Assembly: GCF_006345805.1 (NCBI RefSeq)
Contig: NC_043019.1
Span: forward strand, 5,207,360 to 5,271,359
Length of the DNA stretch: 64,000 nucleotides
Reading direction: 5' to 3'
Source: Octopus sinensis
Lineage: Eukaryota
The notes below the pieces were generated by a model that saw only the letters and a program-made list of their open reading frames with translations, made no database searches and was not told where the DNA came from. Both the position numbers and the translations under genes were made by a program. Of this stretch, positions 40,301 through 52,300 are shown in pieces. Numbering within the stretch: the first letter of the stretch is position 1; every line of letters starts with the position of its first letter.

Positions 40301-43300
40301 AGATATAGGGATTATTATTGCTTAATGGTTGTAGGGGCCAACCAATTTTGGGAAGAAGGAAATAAAAAAGATAGAAAAGACAAGAGATAAAAACAAAAAA
40401 AAACAGGGAAAACAAAGAAAATATTTTAAAAAAAGACAAAGAATCAGAAGGAGATTGAAGAGGAAAGGGTGCATTATAAAATGCTTACTTACAGCATCAG
40501 GAGGGTCACCATGAAATAACACCAATTCAGGGTCATCTAACAACTGTTTACAGCCCCTGCATTTAATAGGGGTCACCTGTTCTTTGGTTAGTTTGGTATC
40601 TGCGTTTCTTTGAAAGATGGAGAAAAAGACAACAGGATATTAATTATAATTAACAGTGCTCCCACCAGCTTCCTCAGCTTTGGAATGGGTTTTTAGGGGT
40701 TACGGAGTTTTCATAGCAAATTTTCACTGATATCTTCCTGGTCATCTGAAATCAGTGACCTTTCAAGGGCATTTCAACTTTTGGGAGCTAAAAATTCTAC
40801 AGTGTATCAACAGTAGGGAAATTATTTTGAAGGATACAAATCTAATTAAAAAGAACTAGCAGGACTTGCTACCCTGGACTGATGAAGGGCAAGACCCAGA
40901 AACATGTCTTCAGGTGCTAATCCTAGCTGGCAGGAGTGCTTGCCTCCCATTTGCAAATATAAGGACACAGCAAATGTGTCAAAGCCGACAGAAAGTGTCG
41001 ATGCTTCCTAGGGCTAAATAGCAGTGGTGTAATTCCCTTTACAGGACTGTCACGTTATGTTGACAGTATACAACCACTCAAAATCTAATTAAATTTTATA
41101 TAAAGCAATAAATTTGTGTTTTAAAATGTTCCATTTACTTTTGGTCAGACTTAGTATGTTATCTACACTATCATATTCCTAGTATTGTTTCTGCACCGAA
41201 GATAAAGTTTCCTTCTCAAGCCATACCAACTTGTAAGGGCTGGCTTCCATGGTGTACATATTTCCCACCTGGACAGGACACCAGTCCATTGCAAGGATAA
41301 TTCATTTTTGCCAGCTGAGTGGACTGGAGCAATGTGAAATGAAGTGTTTTGCTGAATAACACAATGGGTTGCTTGACCCAGAATTGAAACCACAATCTTA
41401 AAATCATGAGCCCAACAACACCCTAGCTACTAAGCCACATGCCTTCTACCTATCCACACTAACAATAACTGCATATCTGAGCCCTCATTCTAGAGACATC
41501 TAAACTGTATACCATAAATCCTCAAGGAAAATCCGCTCTTGAGTATAACACGCAGGGGATTTTTAGGGGGCTGTACCTCTGAAAAACCTATACCTTGTGT
41601 ATAATATGCACCCCTTCTCTAACTTGAGTCAAGGAGGTCTATATAACGTCCTTGGTTTGTAAAAATGTATACGGTAACGTCCCTTATTATTATTGTATAT
41701 ATAACATAATGCAAACGTGTAGCTTTTTTGTTGCATTTTGTTTGCAGAAAATAAAGAAATAACAGTAATAACGTTTAATAAATGTTGCTTACTGCAAGTT
41801 ATGGATGATTCTTTTATGACTTCATTGCTTTCAGGTTTAGCTTAAAGTATTTTCGCGCCCAACATCACAAAATGCGTCAGAATAAACATTGCCGGACAGC
41901 AAATAGAGACTCGGACATTGCTTCATCATCATCATCGTTCAACGCCTGTTTTCCATGCTAGCATGGGTTGGACAGTTCGACGGGGGTCTGGGAAGCCAGG
42001 AGGCTGCACCAGGCTCCAGTCTGACCTGCCAGTGTTTCTACAGCTGGATGCCCTTCCTAACGCCAACCACTCCGTGAGTATAGTGGGTGCTTTTTATGAG
42101 CCACCGGCACAGGTGCCAAGGGAGGCTGGCAACGGCCACGATCGGTTGGTGCTTTTTACGTGCCTCCGGCACGGAAGCCAGTCAAGGCAGCGCTGGCATC
42201 GGCCACGTACAGATGGTGCTTTTTACATTAGAAAATATTTTTCATTTTTAACCTCGTGTATAATACACACTAGGGATTTTGACCTTTAAATTTTGGGAAA
42301 AAAGTGCGGATTATACTTGAGGATTTACGGTATCAACATACAATTTGTCTAACAACCAAACACAACCAGAGATAGGATTAACAACAAAAAATCTCCTTAC
42401 TGCACTGATGAGGTTTCCTTATTTTCATCATTTTTGCCATTAATCTCAGACGTCTTTATTTTCTTCTCCTCTTGTTTCACTCCACTGTTTTCTTCGTCAT
42501 CATCAGATGCTTTACGCTTCTCAGGTCTGATGGAAAGAGAGACAGATGGTATACAAACGGTTGATAAATACATTCAGACACAAAAATATAGGAAGGGAAG
42601 AACACAGAAATATGAATACACCTTTTCCGTCACCATGTCAGTTATAAATTATGAAAAGGTTATGCTTGAGTCCAGCACTCAAAGTTTAATAAACAATTGC
42701 TAACTGTAGTGTTCCCACGACTGCCTCCATCACCACTGCCACGATAGTCCTTATAGCTTTAGAACCATGCTACATCATCATCGTCTAACGTCCGTTTTCC
42801 GTGCTAGCATGGGCTAGACGGTTCAACATGGGTTTGGGTAGCCCGGAGGCTGCACCAGGCACCAGTCTGATCTGGCAGTATTTCTACAGCTCGATGCCCT
42901 TCCTAACGCCAACCACTCCGTGAGTGTAGTGGGTGATTTTTACGTGCCACTGGCACAGAAGCCAGACGTGACAGCGCTGGCATCGGCCACGTTCGGATGG
43001 TGCGTTTTACGTGCCACTGGCACAGAAGCCAGTCAAGGCAGCGCTGGCATCGGCCATGTTCGGATGGTGCGTTTTACGTGCCACTGGCACAGAAGCCAGT
43101 CAAGGCAGCGCTGGCATCGGCCACGTTCGGATGGTGCATTTTACGTGCCACTGGCACAGAAGCCAGACGTGGCAGCGCTGGCATCGGCCATGTTCGGATG
43201 GTGCGTTTTACGTGCCACTGGCACAGAAGCCAGTCAAGGCAGCGCTGGCATCGGCCATGTTCGGATGGTGCGTTTTACGTGCCACTGGCACAGAAGCCAG

Positions 43301-46300
43301 TCAAGGCAGCGCTGGCATCGGCCACGTTCGGATGGTGCGTTTTACGTACCACTGGCACAGAAGCCAGTCAAGGCAGCGCTGGCATCGGCCACGTTCGGAT
43401 GGTGCGTTTTACGTACCACTGGCACAGAAGCCAGTCAAGGCAGCGCTGGCATCGGCCACGTTCGGATGGTGCGTTTTACGTGCCACTGGCACAGAAGCCA
43501 GTCAAGGCAGCGCTGGCATCGGCCACGTTCGGATGGTGCGTTTTACGTGCCACTGGCCAGAAGCCAGTCAAGGCAGCGCTGGCATCGGCCATGTTCGGAT
43601 GGTGCGTTTTACGTACCACTGGCACAGAAGCCAGTCAAGGCAGCGCTGGCATCGGCCATGTTCGGATGGTGCGTTTTACGTGCCACCGGCACAGAAGCCA
43701 GTCAAGGCAGCGCTGGCATCGGCCATGTTCGGATGGTGCGTTTTACGTGCCACTGGCACAGAAGCCAGTCAAGGCAGCGCTGGCATCGGCCATGTTCGGA
43801 TGGTGCGTTTTACGTGCCACTGGCCCAGAAGCCAGTCAAGGCAGCGCTGGCATCGGCCATGTTCGGATGGTGCGTTTTACGTGCCACTGGCCCAGAAGCC
43901 AGTCAAGGCAGCGCTGGCATCGGCCATGTTCGGATGGTGGTTGCGTTTTACGTGCCACTGGCCCAGAAGCCAGTCAAGGCAGCGCTGGCATCGGCCATGT
44001 TCGAATGGTGCGTTTTACGTGCCACTGGCCAAGAAGCCAGTCAAGGCAGCGCTGGCATCGGCCATGTTCGGATGGTGCGTTTTACGTACCACTGGCACAG
44101 AAGCCAGTCAAGGCAGCGCTGGCATCGGCCACGTTCGGATGGTGGTGCGTTTTACGTGCCACTGGCACAGAAGCCAGTCAAGGCAGCGCTGGCATCGGCC
44201 ACGTTCGGATGGTGCGTTTTACGTGCCACTGGCCAGAAGCCAGTCAAGGCAGCGCTGGCATCGGCCATGTTCGGATGGTGCGTTTTACGTACCACTGGCA
44301 CAGAAGCCAGTCAAGGCAGCGCTGGCATCGGCCACGTTCGGATGGTGCGTTTTACGTGCCACTGGCACAGAAGCCAGTCAAGGCAGCGCTGGCATCGGCC
44401 ATGTTCGGATGGTGCGTTTTACGTGCCACTGGCCCAGAAAGTCCAGTCAAGGCAGCGCTGGCATCGGCCATGTTCGGATGGTGCGTTTTACGTGCCACTG
44501 GCCCAGAAGCCAGTCAAGGCAGCGCTGGCATCGGCCACGTTCGGATGGTGCGTTTTACGTTCCACTGGCCCAGAAGCCAGTCAAGGCAGCGCTGGCATCG
44601 GCCATGGTCGGATGGTGCGTTTTACGTGCCACTGGCCCAGAAGCCAGTCAAGGCAGCGCTGGCATCGGCCATGTTCGGATGGTGCGTTTTACGTGCCACT
44701 GGCACAGAAGCCAGTCAAGGCAGCGCTGGCATCGGCCATGTTCGGATGGTTGCGTTACGTGCCACTGCACAGAAGCCAGTCAAGGCAGCGCTGGCATCGG
44801 CCACGTTCGGATGGTGCGTTTTACGTGCCACTGGCCCAGAAGCCAGTCAAGGCAGCGCTGGCATCGGCCACGTTCGGATGGTGCGTTTTACGTGCCTGGC
44901 ACTGGCAGAAGCCAGTCAGGCAGCGCTGGCATCGGCCATGTTCGGATGGTGCGTTTCGTGCCACTGGCCCAGAAGCCAGTCAAGGCAGCGCTGGCATCGG
45001 CCATGTTCGGATGGTGCGTTTTACGTGCCACTGGCATCGGCCACGTTCGGATGGTGCGTTTCGCGTGCCACTGGCACAGAAGCCAGTCAAGCAGCGCTGG
45101 CATCGGCCATTTTCGGATGGTGCGTTTTACGTGCCACTGGCATCGGCCACGTTCGGATGTGGTGCGTTTTACGTGCCACTGGCACAGAAGCCAGTCAAGG
45201 CAGCGCTGGCATCGGCCATGTTCGGATGGTGCGTTTTACGTGCCACTGGCATCGCCACGTTCGGATGGTGCGTTTTACGTACCACTGGCACAGAAGCCAG
45301 TCAAGGCAGCGCTGGCATCGGCCACGTTCGGATGGTGCATTTTACGTGCCACTGGCACAGAAGCCAGTCAAGGCAGCGCTGGCATCGGCCACGTTCGGAT
45401 GGTGCATTTTACGTGCCACTGGCACAGAAGCCAGTCAAGGCAGCGCTGGCATCGGCCATGTTCGGATGGTGCGTTTTACGTGCCACTGGCCCAGAAGCCA
45501 GTCAAGGCAGCGCTGGCATCGGCCATGTTCGGATGGTGCGTTTTACGTGCCACTGGCCCAGAAGCCAGTCAAGGCAGCGCTGGCATCGGCCACGTTCGGA
45601 TGGTGCGTTTTACGTGCCACTGGCACAGAAGCCAGTCAAGGCAGCGCTGGCATCGGCCATGTTCGGATGGTGCGTTTTACGTGCCACTGGCACAGAAGCC
45701 AGTCAAGGCAGCGCTGGCTGGCATCGGCCACGTTCGGATGGTGCGTTTTACGTGCCACTGGCACAGAAGCCAGTCAAGGCAGCGCTGGCATCGGCCATGT
45801 CGGATGGTGCGTTTTACGTGCCACTGGCCCGAAGCCAGTCAAGGCCAGCGCTGGCATCGGCCATGTTCGGATGGTGCTTTTTACGTGCCACTGGCCCAGA
45901 AGCCAGTCAAGGCAGCGCTGGCATCGGCCATGTTCGGATGGTGCGTTTTACGTGCCACTGGCCCAGAAGCCAGTCAAGGCAGCGCTGGCATCGGCCATGT
46001 TCGGATGGTGCGTTTTACGTGCCACTGGCCCGAAGCCAGTCAAGGCAGCGCGCTGGCATCGGCCATGTTCGGTGTCGTTTTACGTGCCACTGGCACAGAA
46101 GCCAGTCAAGGCAGCGCTGGCATCGGCCACGTTCGGATGGTGCGTTTTACGTACAACTGGCACAGAAGCCAGTCAAGGCAGCGCTGGCATCGGCACGTTC
46201 GGATGGTGCGTTTTACGTACCACTGGCACAGAAGCCAGTCAAGGCAGGCGCTGCATCGGCCACGTTCGGATGGTGCGTTTTACGTGCCACTGGCACAGAA

Positions 46301-49300
46301 GCCAGTCAAGGCAGCGCTGGCATCGGCCACGTTCGGATGGTGCGTTTTACGTGCCACTGGCACAGAAGCCAGTCAAGGCAGCGCTGGCATCGGCCATGTT
46401 CGGATGGTGCGTTTTACGTACCACTGGCCACAGAAGCCAGTCAAGGCAGCGCTGGCATCGGCCATGTTCGGATGGTGCGTTTTACAGTCCACTGGCATCG
46501 GCCATGTTCGGATGGTGCGTTTTACGTACCACTGGCCCAGAAGCCAGTCAAGGCAGCGCTGGCATCGGCCATGTTCGATGGTGCGTTTTACGTACCACTG
46601 GCCCAGAAGCCAGTCAAGGCAGCGCTGGCATCGGCCATGTTCGGTATGGTGGGTTTTACGTGCCACTGGCACAGAAGCCAGTCAAGGCAGCGCTGGCATC
46701 GGCCATGTTCGGATGGTGCGTTTTACGTACCACTGGCCCAGAAGCCAGTCAAGGCACGCTGGCATCGGCCATGTTCGGAATTGTCGTTTTACGTGCCACT
46801 GGCACAGAAGCCAGTCAAGGCAGCGCTGGCATCGGCCATGTTCGGATGGTGGCGTTTTACGTACCCTGGCCCAGAAGCCAGTCAAGGCAGCGCTGGCATC
46901 GGCCATGTTCGGATGGTGCGTTTTACGTGCCACTGGCAAGAAGCCAGTCAAGGCAGCGCTGGCATCGGCCACGTTCGGATGGTGCGTTTTACGTGCCACT
47001 GGCACCAGAAGCCAGTCAAGCAGCGCTGGCATCGGCCACGTTCGGATGGTGCGTTTTACGTCCCACTGGCACAGAAGCCAGCGCTGGCATCGGCCATGTT
47101 CGGATGGTGCGTTTTACGTGCCACTGGCCAGTAGCCAGTCAAGGCAGCGCTGGCATCGGCCACGTTCGGATGGTGCGTTTTACGTACCACTGGCCCAGAA
47201 GCCAGTCAAGGCAGCGCTGGCATCGGCCATGTTCGGATGGTGCGTTTTACGTGCCACTGGCACAGAAGCCAGTCAAGGCAGCGCTGGCATCGGCCATGTT
47301 CGGATGGTGGCGTTTTACGTGCCACTGGCCCAGAAGCCAGTCAAGGCAGCGCTGGCATCGGCCATGTTCGGATGGTGCGTTTTACGTGCCACTGGCACAG
47401 AAGCCAGTCAAGGCAGCGCTGGCATCGGCCACGTTCGGATGGTGCGTTTTAACGTGCCACTGGCCCAGAAGCCAGTCAAGGCAGCGCTGGCATCGGCCAC
47501 ATTCGGATGGTGCGTTTTACGTCCCACTGGCACAGAAGCCAGTCAAGGCAGCGCTGGCATCGGCCATGTTCGGATGGTGCGTTTTACGTGCCACTGGCAC
47601 AGAAGCCAGTCAAGGCAGCGCTGGCATCGCCACGTTCGGATGGTGCGTTTTACGTGCCACTGGCCCAGAAGCCAGTCAAGGCAGCGCTGGCATCGGCCAT
47701 GTTCGGATGGTGCGTTTTACGTGCCACTGGCACAGAAGCCAGTCAAGGCAGCGCTGGCATCGGCCACGTTCGGATGGTGCGTTTTACGTGCCACTGGCCC
47801 AGAAGCCAGTCAAGGCAGCGCTGGCATCGGCCATGTTCGGATGGTGCGTTTTACGTGCCACTGGCACAGAAGCCAGTCAAGGCAGCGCTGGCATCGGCCA
47901 CGTTCGGATGGTGCGTTTTACGTGCCACTGGCACAGAAGCCAGTCAAGGCAGCGCTGGCATCGGCCATGTTCGGATGGTGCGTTTTACGTGCCACTGGCA
48001 CAGAAGCCAGTCAAGGCAGCGCTGGCATCGGCCACGTTCGGATGGTGCGTTTTACGTGCCACTGGCCCAGAAGCCAGTCAAGGCAGCGCTGGCATCGGCC
48101 ATGTTCGGATGGTGCGTTTTACGTACCACTGGCCCAGAAGCCAGTCAAGGCAGCGCTGGCATCGGCCATGTTCGGATGGTGCGTTTTACGTGCCACTGGC
48201 ACAGAAGCCAGTCAAGGCAGCGCTGGCATCGGCCACGTTTGGATGGTGCGTTTTACGTGCCACTGGCCCAGAAGCCAGTCAAGGCGCGCTGGCATCGGCC
48301 ATGTTCGGATGGTGCGTTTTACGTGCCACTGGCCCAGAAGCCAGTCAAGGCAGCGCTGGCATCGGCCATGTTCGGATGGTGCGTTTTACGTGCCACTGGC
48401 ACAGAAGCCAGTCAAGGCAGCGCTGGCATCGGCCATGTTCGGATGGTGCGTTTTACGTGCCACTGGCCCAGAAGCCAGTCAAGGCAGCGCTGGCATCGGC
48501 CATGTTCGGATGGTGCGTTTTACGTGCCACTGGCATCGGCCATGTTCGGATGGTGCGTTTTACGTGCCACTGGCCCAGAAGCCAGTCAAGGCAGCGCTGG
48601 CATCGGCCATGTTCGGATGGTGCGTTTTACGTGCCACTGGCCCAGAAGCCAGTCAAGGCAGCGCTGGCATCGGCCATGTTCGGATGGTGCGTTTTACGTG
48701 CCACTGGCACAGAAGCCAGTCAAGGCAGCGCTGGCATCGGCCATGTTCGGATGGTGCGTTTTACGTGCCACTGGCCCAGAAGCCAGTCAAGGCAGCGCTG
48801 GCATCGGCCATGTTCGGATGGTGCGTTTTACGTGCCACTGGCCCAGAAGCCAGTCAAGGCAGCGCTGGCATCGGCCATGTTCGGATGGTGCGTTTTACGT
48901 GCCACTGGCACAGAAGCCAGTCAAGGCAGCGCTGGCATCGGCCACGTTCGGATGGTGCGTTTTACGTGCCACTGGCACAGAAGCCAGTCAAGGCAGCGCT
49001 GGCATCGGCCACGTTCGGATGGTGCGTTTTACGTGCCACTGGCCCAGAAGCCAGTCAAGGCAGCGCTGGCATCGGCCATGTTCGGATGGTGCGTTTTACG
49101 TGCCACTGGCATCGGCCACGTTCGGATGGTGCGTTTTACGTGCCACTGGCACAGAAGCCAGTCAAGGTAGCGCTGGCATCGGCCACGTTCGGATGGTGCG
49201 TTTTACGTGCCACTGGCCCAGAAGCCAGTCAAGGCAGCGCTGGCATCGGCCATGTTCGGATGGTGCGTTTTACGTGCCACTGGCATCGGCCACGTTCGGA

Positions 49301-52300
49301 TGGTGCGTTTTACGTGCCACTGGCACAGAAGCCAGTCAAGGCAGCGCTGGCATCGGCCACGTTCGGATGGTGCGTTTTACGTGCCACTGGCCCAGAAGCC
49401 AGTCAAGGCAGCGCTGGCATCGGCCATGTTCGGATGGTGCGTTTTACGTGCCACTGGCATCGGCCACGTTCGGATGGTGCGTTTTACGTGCCACTGGCAC
49501 AGAAGCCAGTCAAGGCAGCGCTGGCATCGGCCACGTTCGGATGGTGCGTTTTACGTGCCACTGGCCCAGAAGCCAGTCAAGGCAGCGCTGGCATCGGCCA
49601 TGTTCGGATGGTGCGTTTTACGTGCCACTGGCATCGGCCACGTTCGGATGGTGCGTTTTACGTGCCACTGGCAAAGAAGCCAGTCAAGGCAGCGCTGGCA
49701 TCGGCCACGTTCGGATGGTGCGTTTTACGTGCCACTGGCCCAGAAGCCAGTCAAGGCAGCGCTGGCATCGGCCATGTTCGGATGGTGCGTTTTACGTACC
49801 ACTGGCACAGAAGCCAGTCAAGGCAGCGCTGGCATCGGCCATGTTCGGATGGTGCGTTTTACGTGCCACTGGCATCGGCCATGTTCGGATGGTGCGTTTT
49901 ACGTGCCACTGGCATCGGCCACGTTCGGATGGTGCGTTTTACGTGCCACTGGCACAGAAGCCAGTCAAGGCAGCGCTGGCATCGGCCATGTTCGGATGGT
50001 GCGTTTTACGTGCCACTGGCATCGGCCACGTTCGGATGGTGCTTTTTACGTGCCACTGGCACAGAAGCCAGTCAAGGCAGCGCTGGCATCGGCCATGTTC
50101 GGATGGTGCGTTTTACGTGCCACCGGCACAGAAGCCAGTCAAGGCAGCGCTGGCATCGGCCATGTTCGGATGGTGCGTTTTACGTGCCACTGGCACAGAA
50201 GCCAGTCAAGGCAGCGCTGGCATCGGCCATGTTCGGATGGTGCGTTTTACGTGCCACCGGCACAGAAGCCAGTCAAGGCAGCGCTGGCATCGGCCATGTT
50301 CGGATGGTGCGTTTTACGTGCCACTGGCATCGCCACGTTGCGGAAAAGGCCATGTTCGGTGGTGCGTTTTACGTGCCACTGGCACAGAAGCCAGTCAAGG
50401 CAGCGCTGGCATCGCCATGTTCGGATGGTGCGTTTTACGTGCCACTGGCAACAAAAACGTTCGGCCATGTTCGGATTGGCGTTTTAACGTGCCACTGGCC
50501 ACAGAAGCCAGTCAAGGCAGCGCTGGCATCGGCCATGTTTCGATGGTGCGTTTTACTTGCCACCGGCACAGAAGCCAGTCAAGGCAGCGCTGGCATCGGC
50601 CATGTTCGGATGGTGCGTTTTACGTGCCACTGGCATCGGCCACGTTCGGATGGTGCGTTTTACGTGCCACTGGCACAGAAGCCGTCAAGGCAGCGCTGGC
50701 ATCGGCCATGTTCGGATGGTGCGTTTTACGTGCCACTGGCACAGAAGCCAGTCAAGCAGCGCTGGCATCGGCCATGTTCGGATGGTGCGTTTTACGTGCC
50801 ACTGGCACAGAAGCCAGTCAAGGCAGCGCTGGCATCGGCCATGTTCGGATGGTGCGTTTTACGTGCCACCGGCACAGAAGCCACTCAAGGCAGCGCTGGC
50901 ATCGGCCATGTTCGGATGGTGCGTTTTACGTGCCACTGGCATCGGCCACGTTCGGATTGGTTTCGTTTTACGTGCCACTGGCACAGAAGCCAGTCAAGGC
51001 AGCGCTGGCATCGGCCATGTTCGGATGGTGCGTTTTACGTGCCACTGGCACAGAAGCCAGTCAAGGCAGCGCTGGCATCGGCCATGTTCGGATGGTGCGT
51101 TTTACGTGCCACTGGCATCGGCCACGTTCGGATGGTGCGTTTTACGTGCCACTGGCACAGAAGCCAGTCAAGGCAGCGCTGGCATCAGCCACGTTCGGAT
51201 GGTGCGTTTTACGTGCCACTGGCATCGGCCACGTTCGGATGGTGCGTTTTACGTGCACCGGCACAGAAGCCAGTCAAGGCAGCGCTGGCATCGGCCATGT
51301 TCGGATGGTGCGTTTTACGTGCCACTGGCACAGAAGCCAGTCAAGGCAGCGCTGGCATGCCATGTTCGGATGGTGCGTTTTACGTGCCACTGGCACAGAA
51401 GCCAGTCAAGGCAGCGCTGGCATCGGCCATGTTCGGATGGTGCGTTTTACGTGCCACTGGCACAGAAGCCAGCCAAGGCAGCGCTGGCATCGGCCATGTT
51501 CGGATGGTGCGTTTTACGTGCCACTGGCATCGGCCACGTTCGGATGGTGCGTTTTACGTGCCACTGGCACAGAAGCCAGTCAAGGCAGCGCTGGCATCGG
51601 CCATGTTCGGATGGTGCGTTTTACGTGCCACTGGCACAGAAGCCAGTCAAGGCAGCGCTGGCATCGGCCATGTTCGGATGGTGCGTTTTACGTGCCACTG
51701 GCACAGAAGCCAGTCAAGGCAGCGCTGGCATCGGCCACGTTCAGATGGTGCGTTTTACGTGCCACTGGCACAGAAGCCAGTAAAGGCAGCGCTGGCATCA
51801 GCCACGTTCGGATGGTGCGTTTTACGTGCCACTGGCATCGGCCACGTTCGGATGGTGCGTTTTACGTGCCACTGGCACAGAAGCCAGTCAAGGCAGCGCT
51901 GGCATCAGCACGTTCGGATGGTGCGTTTTACGTGCCACTGGCATCGGCCAGTTCGGATGGTGCGTTTATGTTCACTGTACCACTGGCACAGAAGCCAGTC
52001 AAGGCAGCGCTGGCATCGGCCATGTTCGGATGGTGCGTTTTACGTGCCACCGGCACAGAAGCCAGTCAAGGCAGCGCTGGCATCGGCCATGTTCGGATGG
52101 TGCGTTTTACGTGCCACTGGCACAGAAGCCAGTCAAGGCAGCGCTGGCATCGGCCATGTTCGGATGGTGCGTTTTACGTGCCACTGGCATCGGCCACGTT
52201 CGGATGGTGCGTTTTACGTGCCACCGCACAGAAGCCAGTCAAGGCAGCGCTGGCATCGGCCATGTTCGGATGGTGCGTTTTACGTGCCAACTGGCATCGG

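Noticed and set aside
40640-40745. Possible extra DNMT1 cassette exon after tttcag at ~40745
   Set aside because: TGA immediately in the required phase, stops in the other frames and no good donor.
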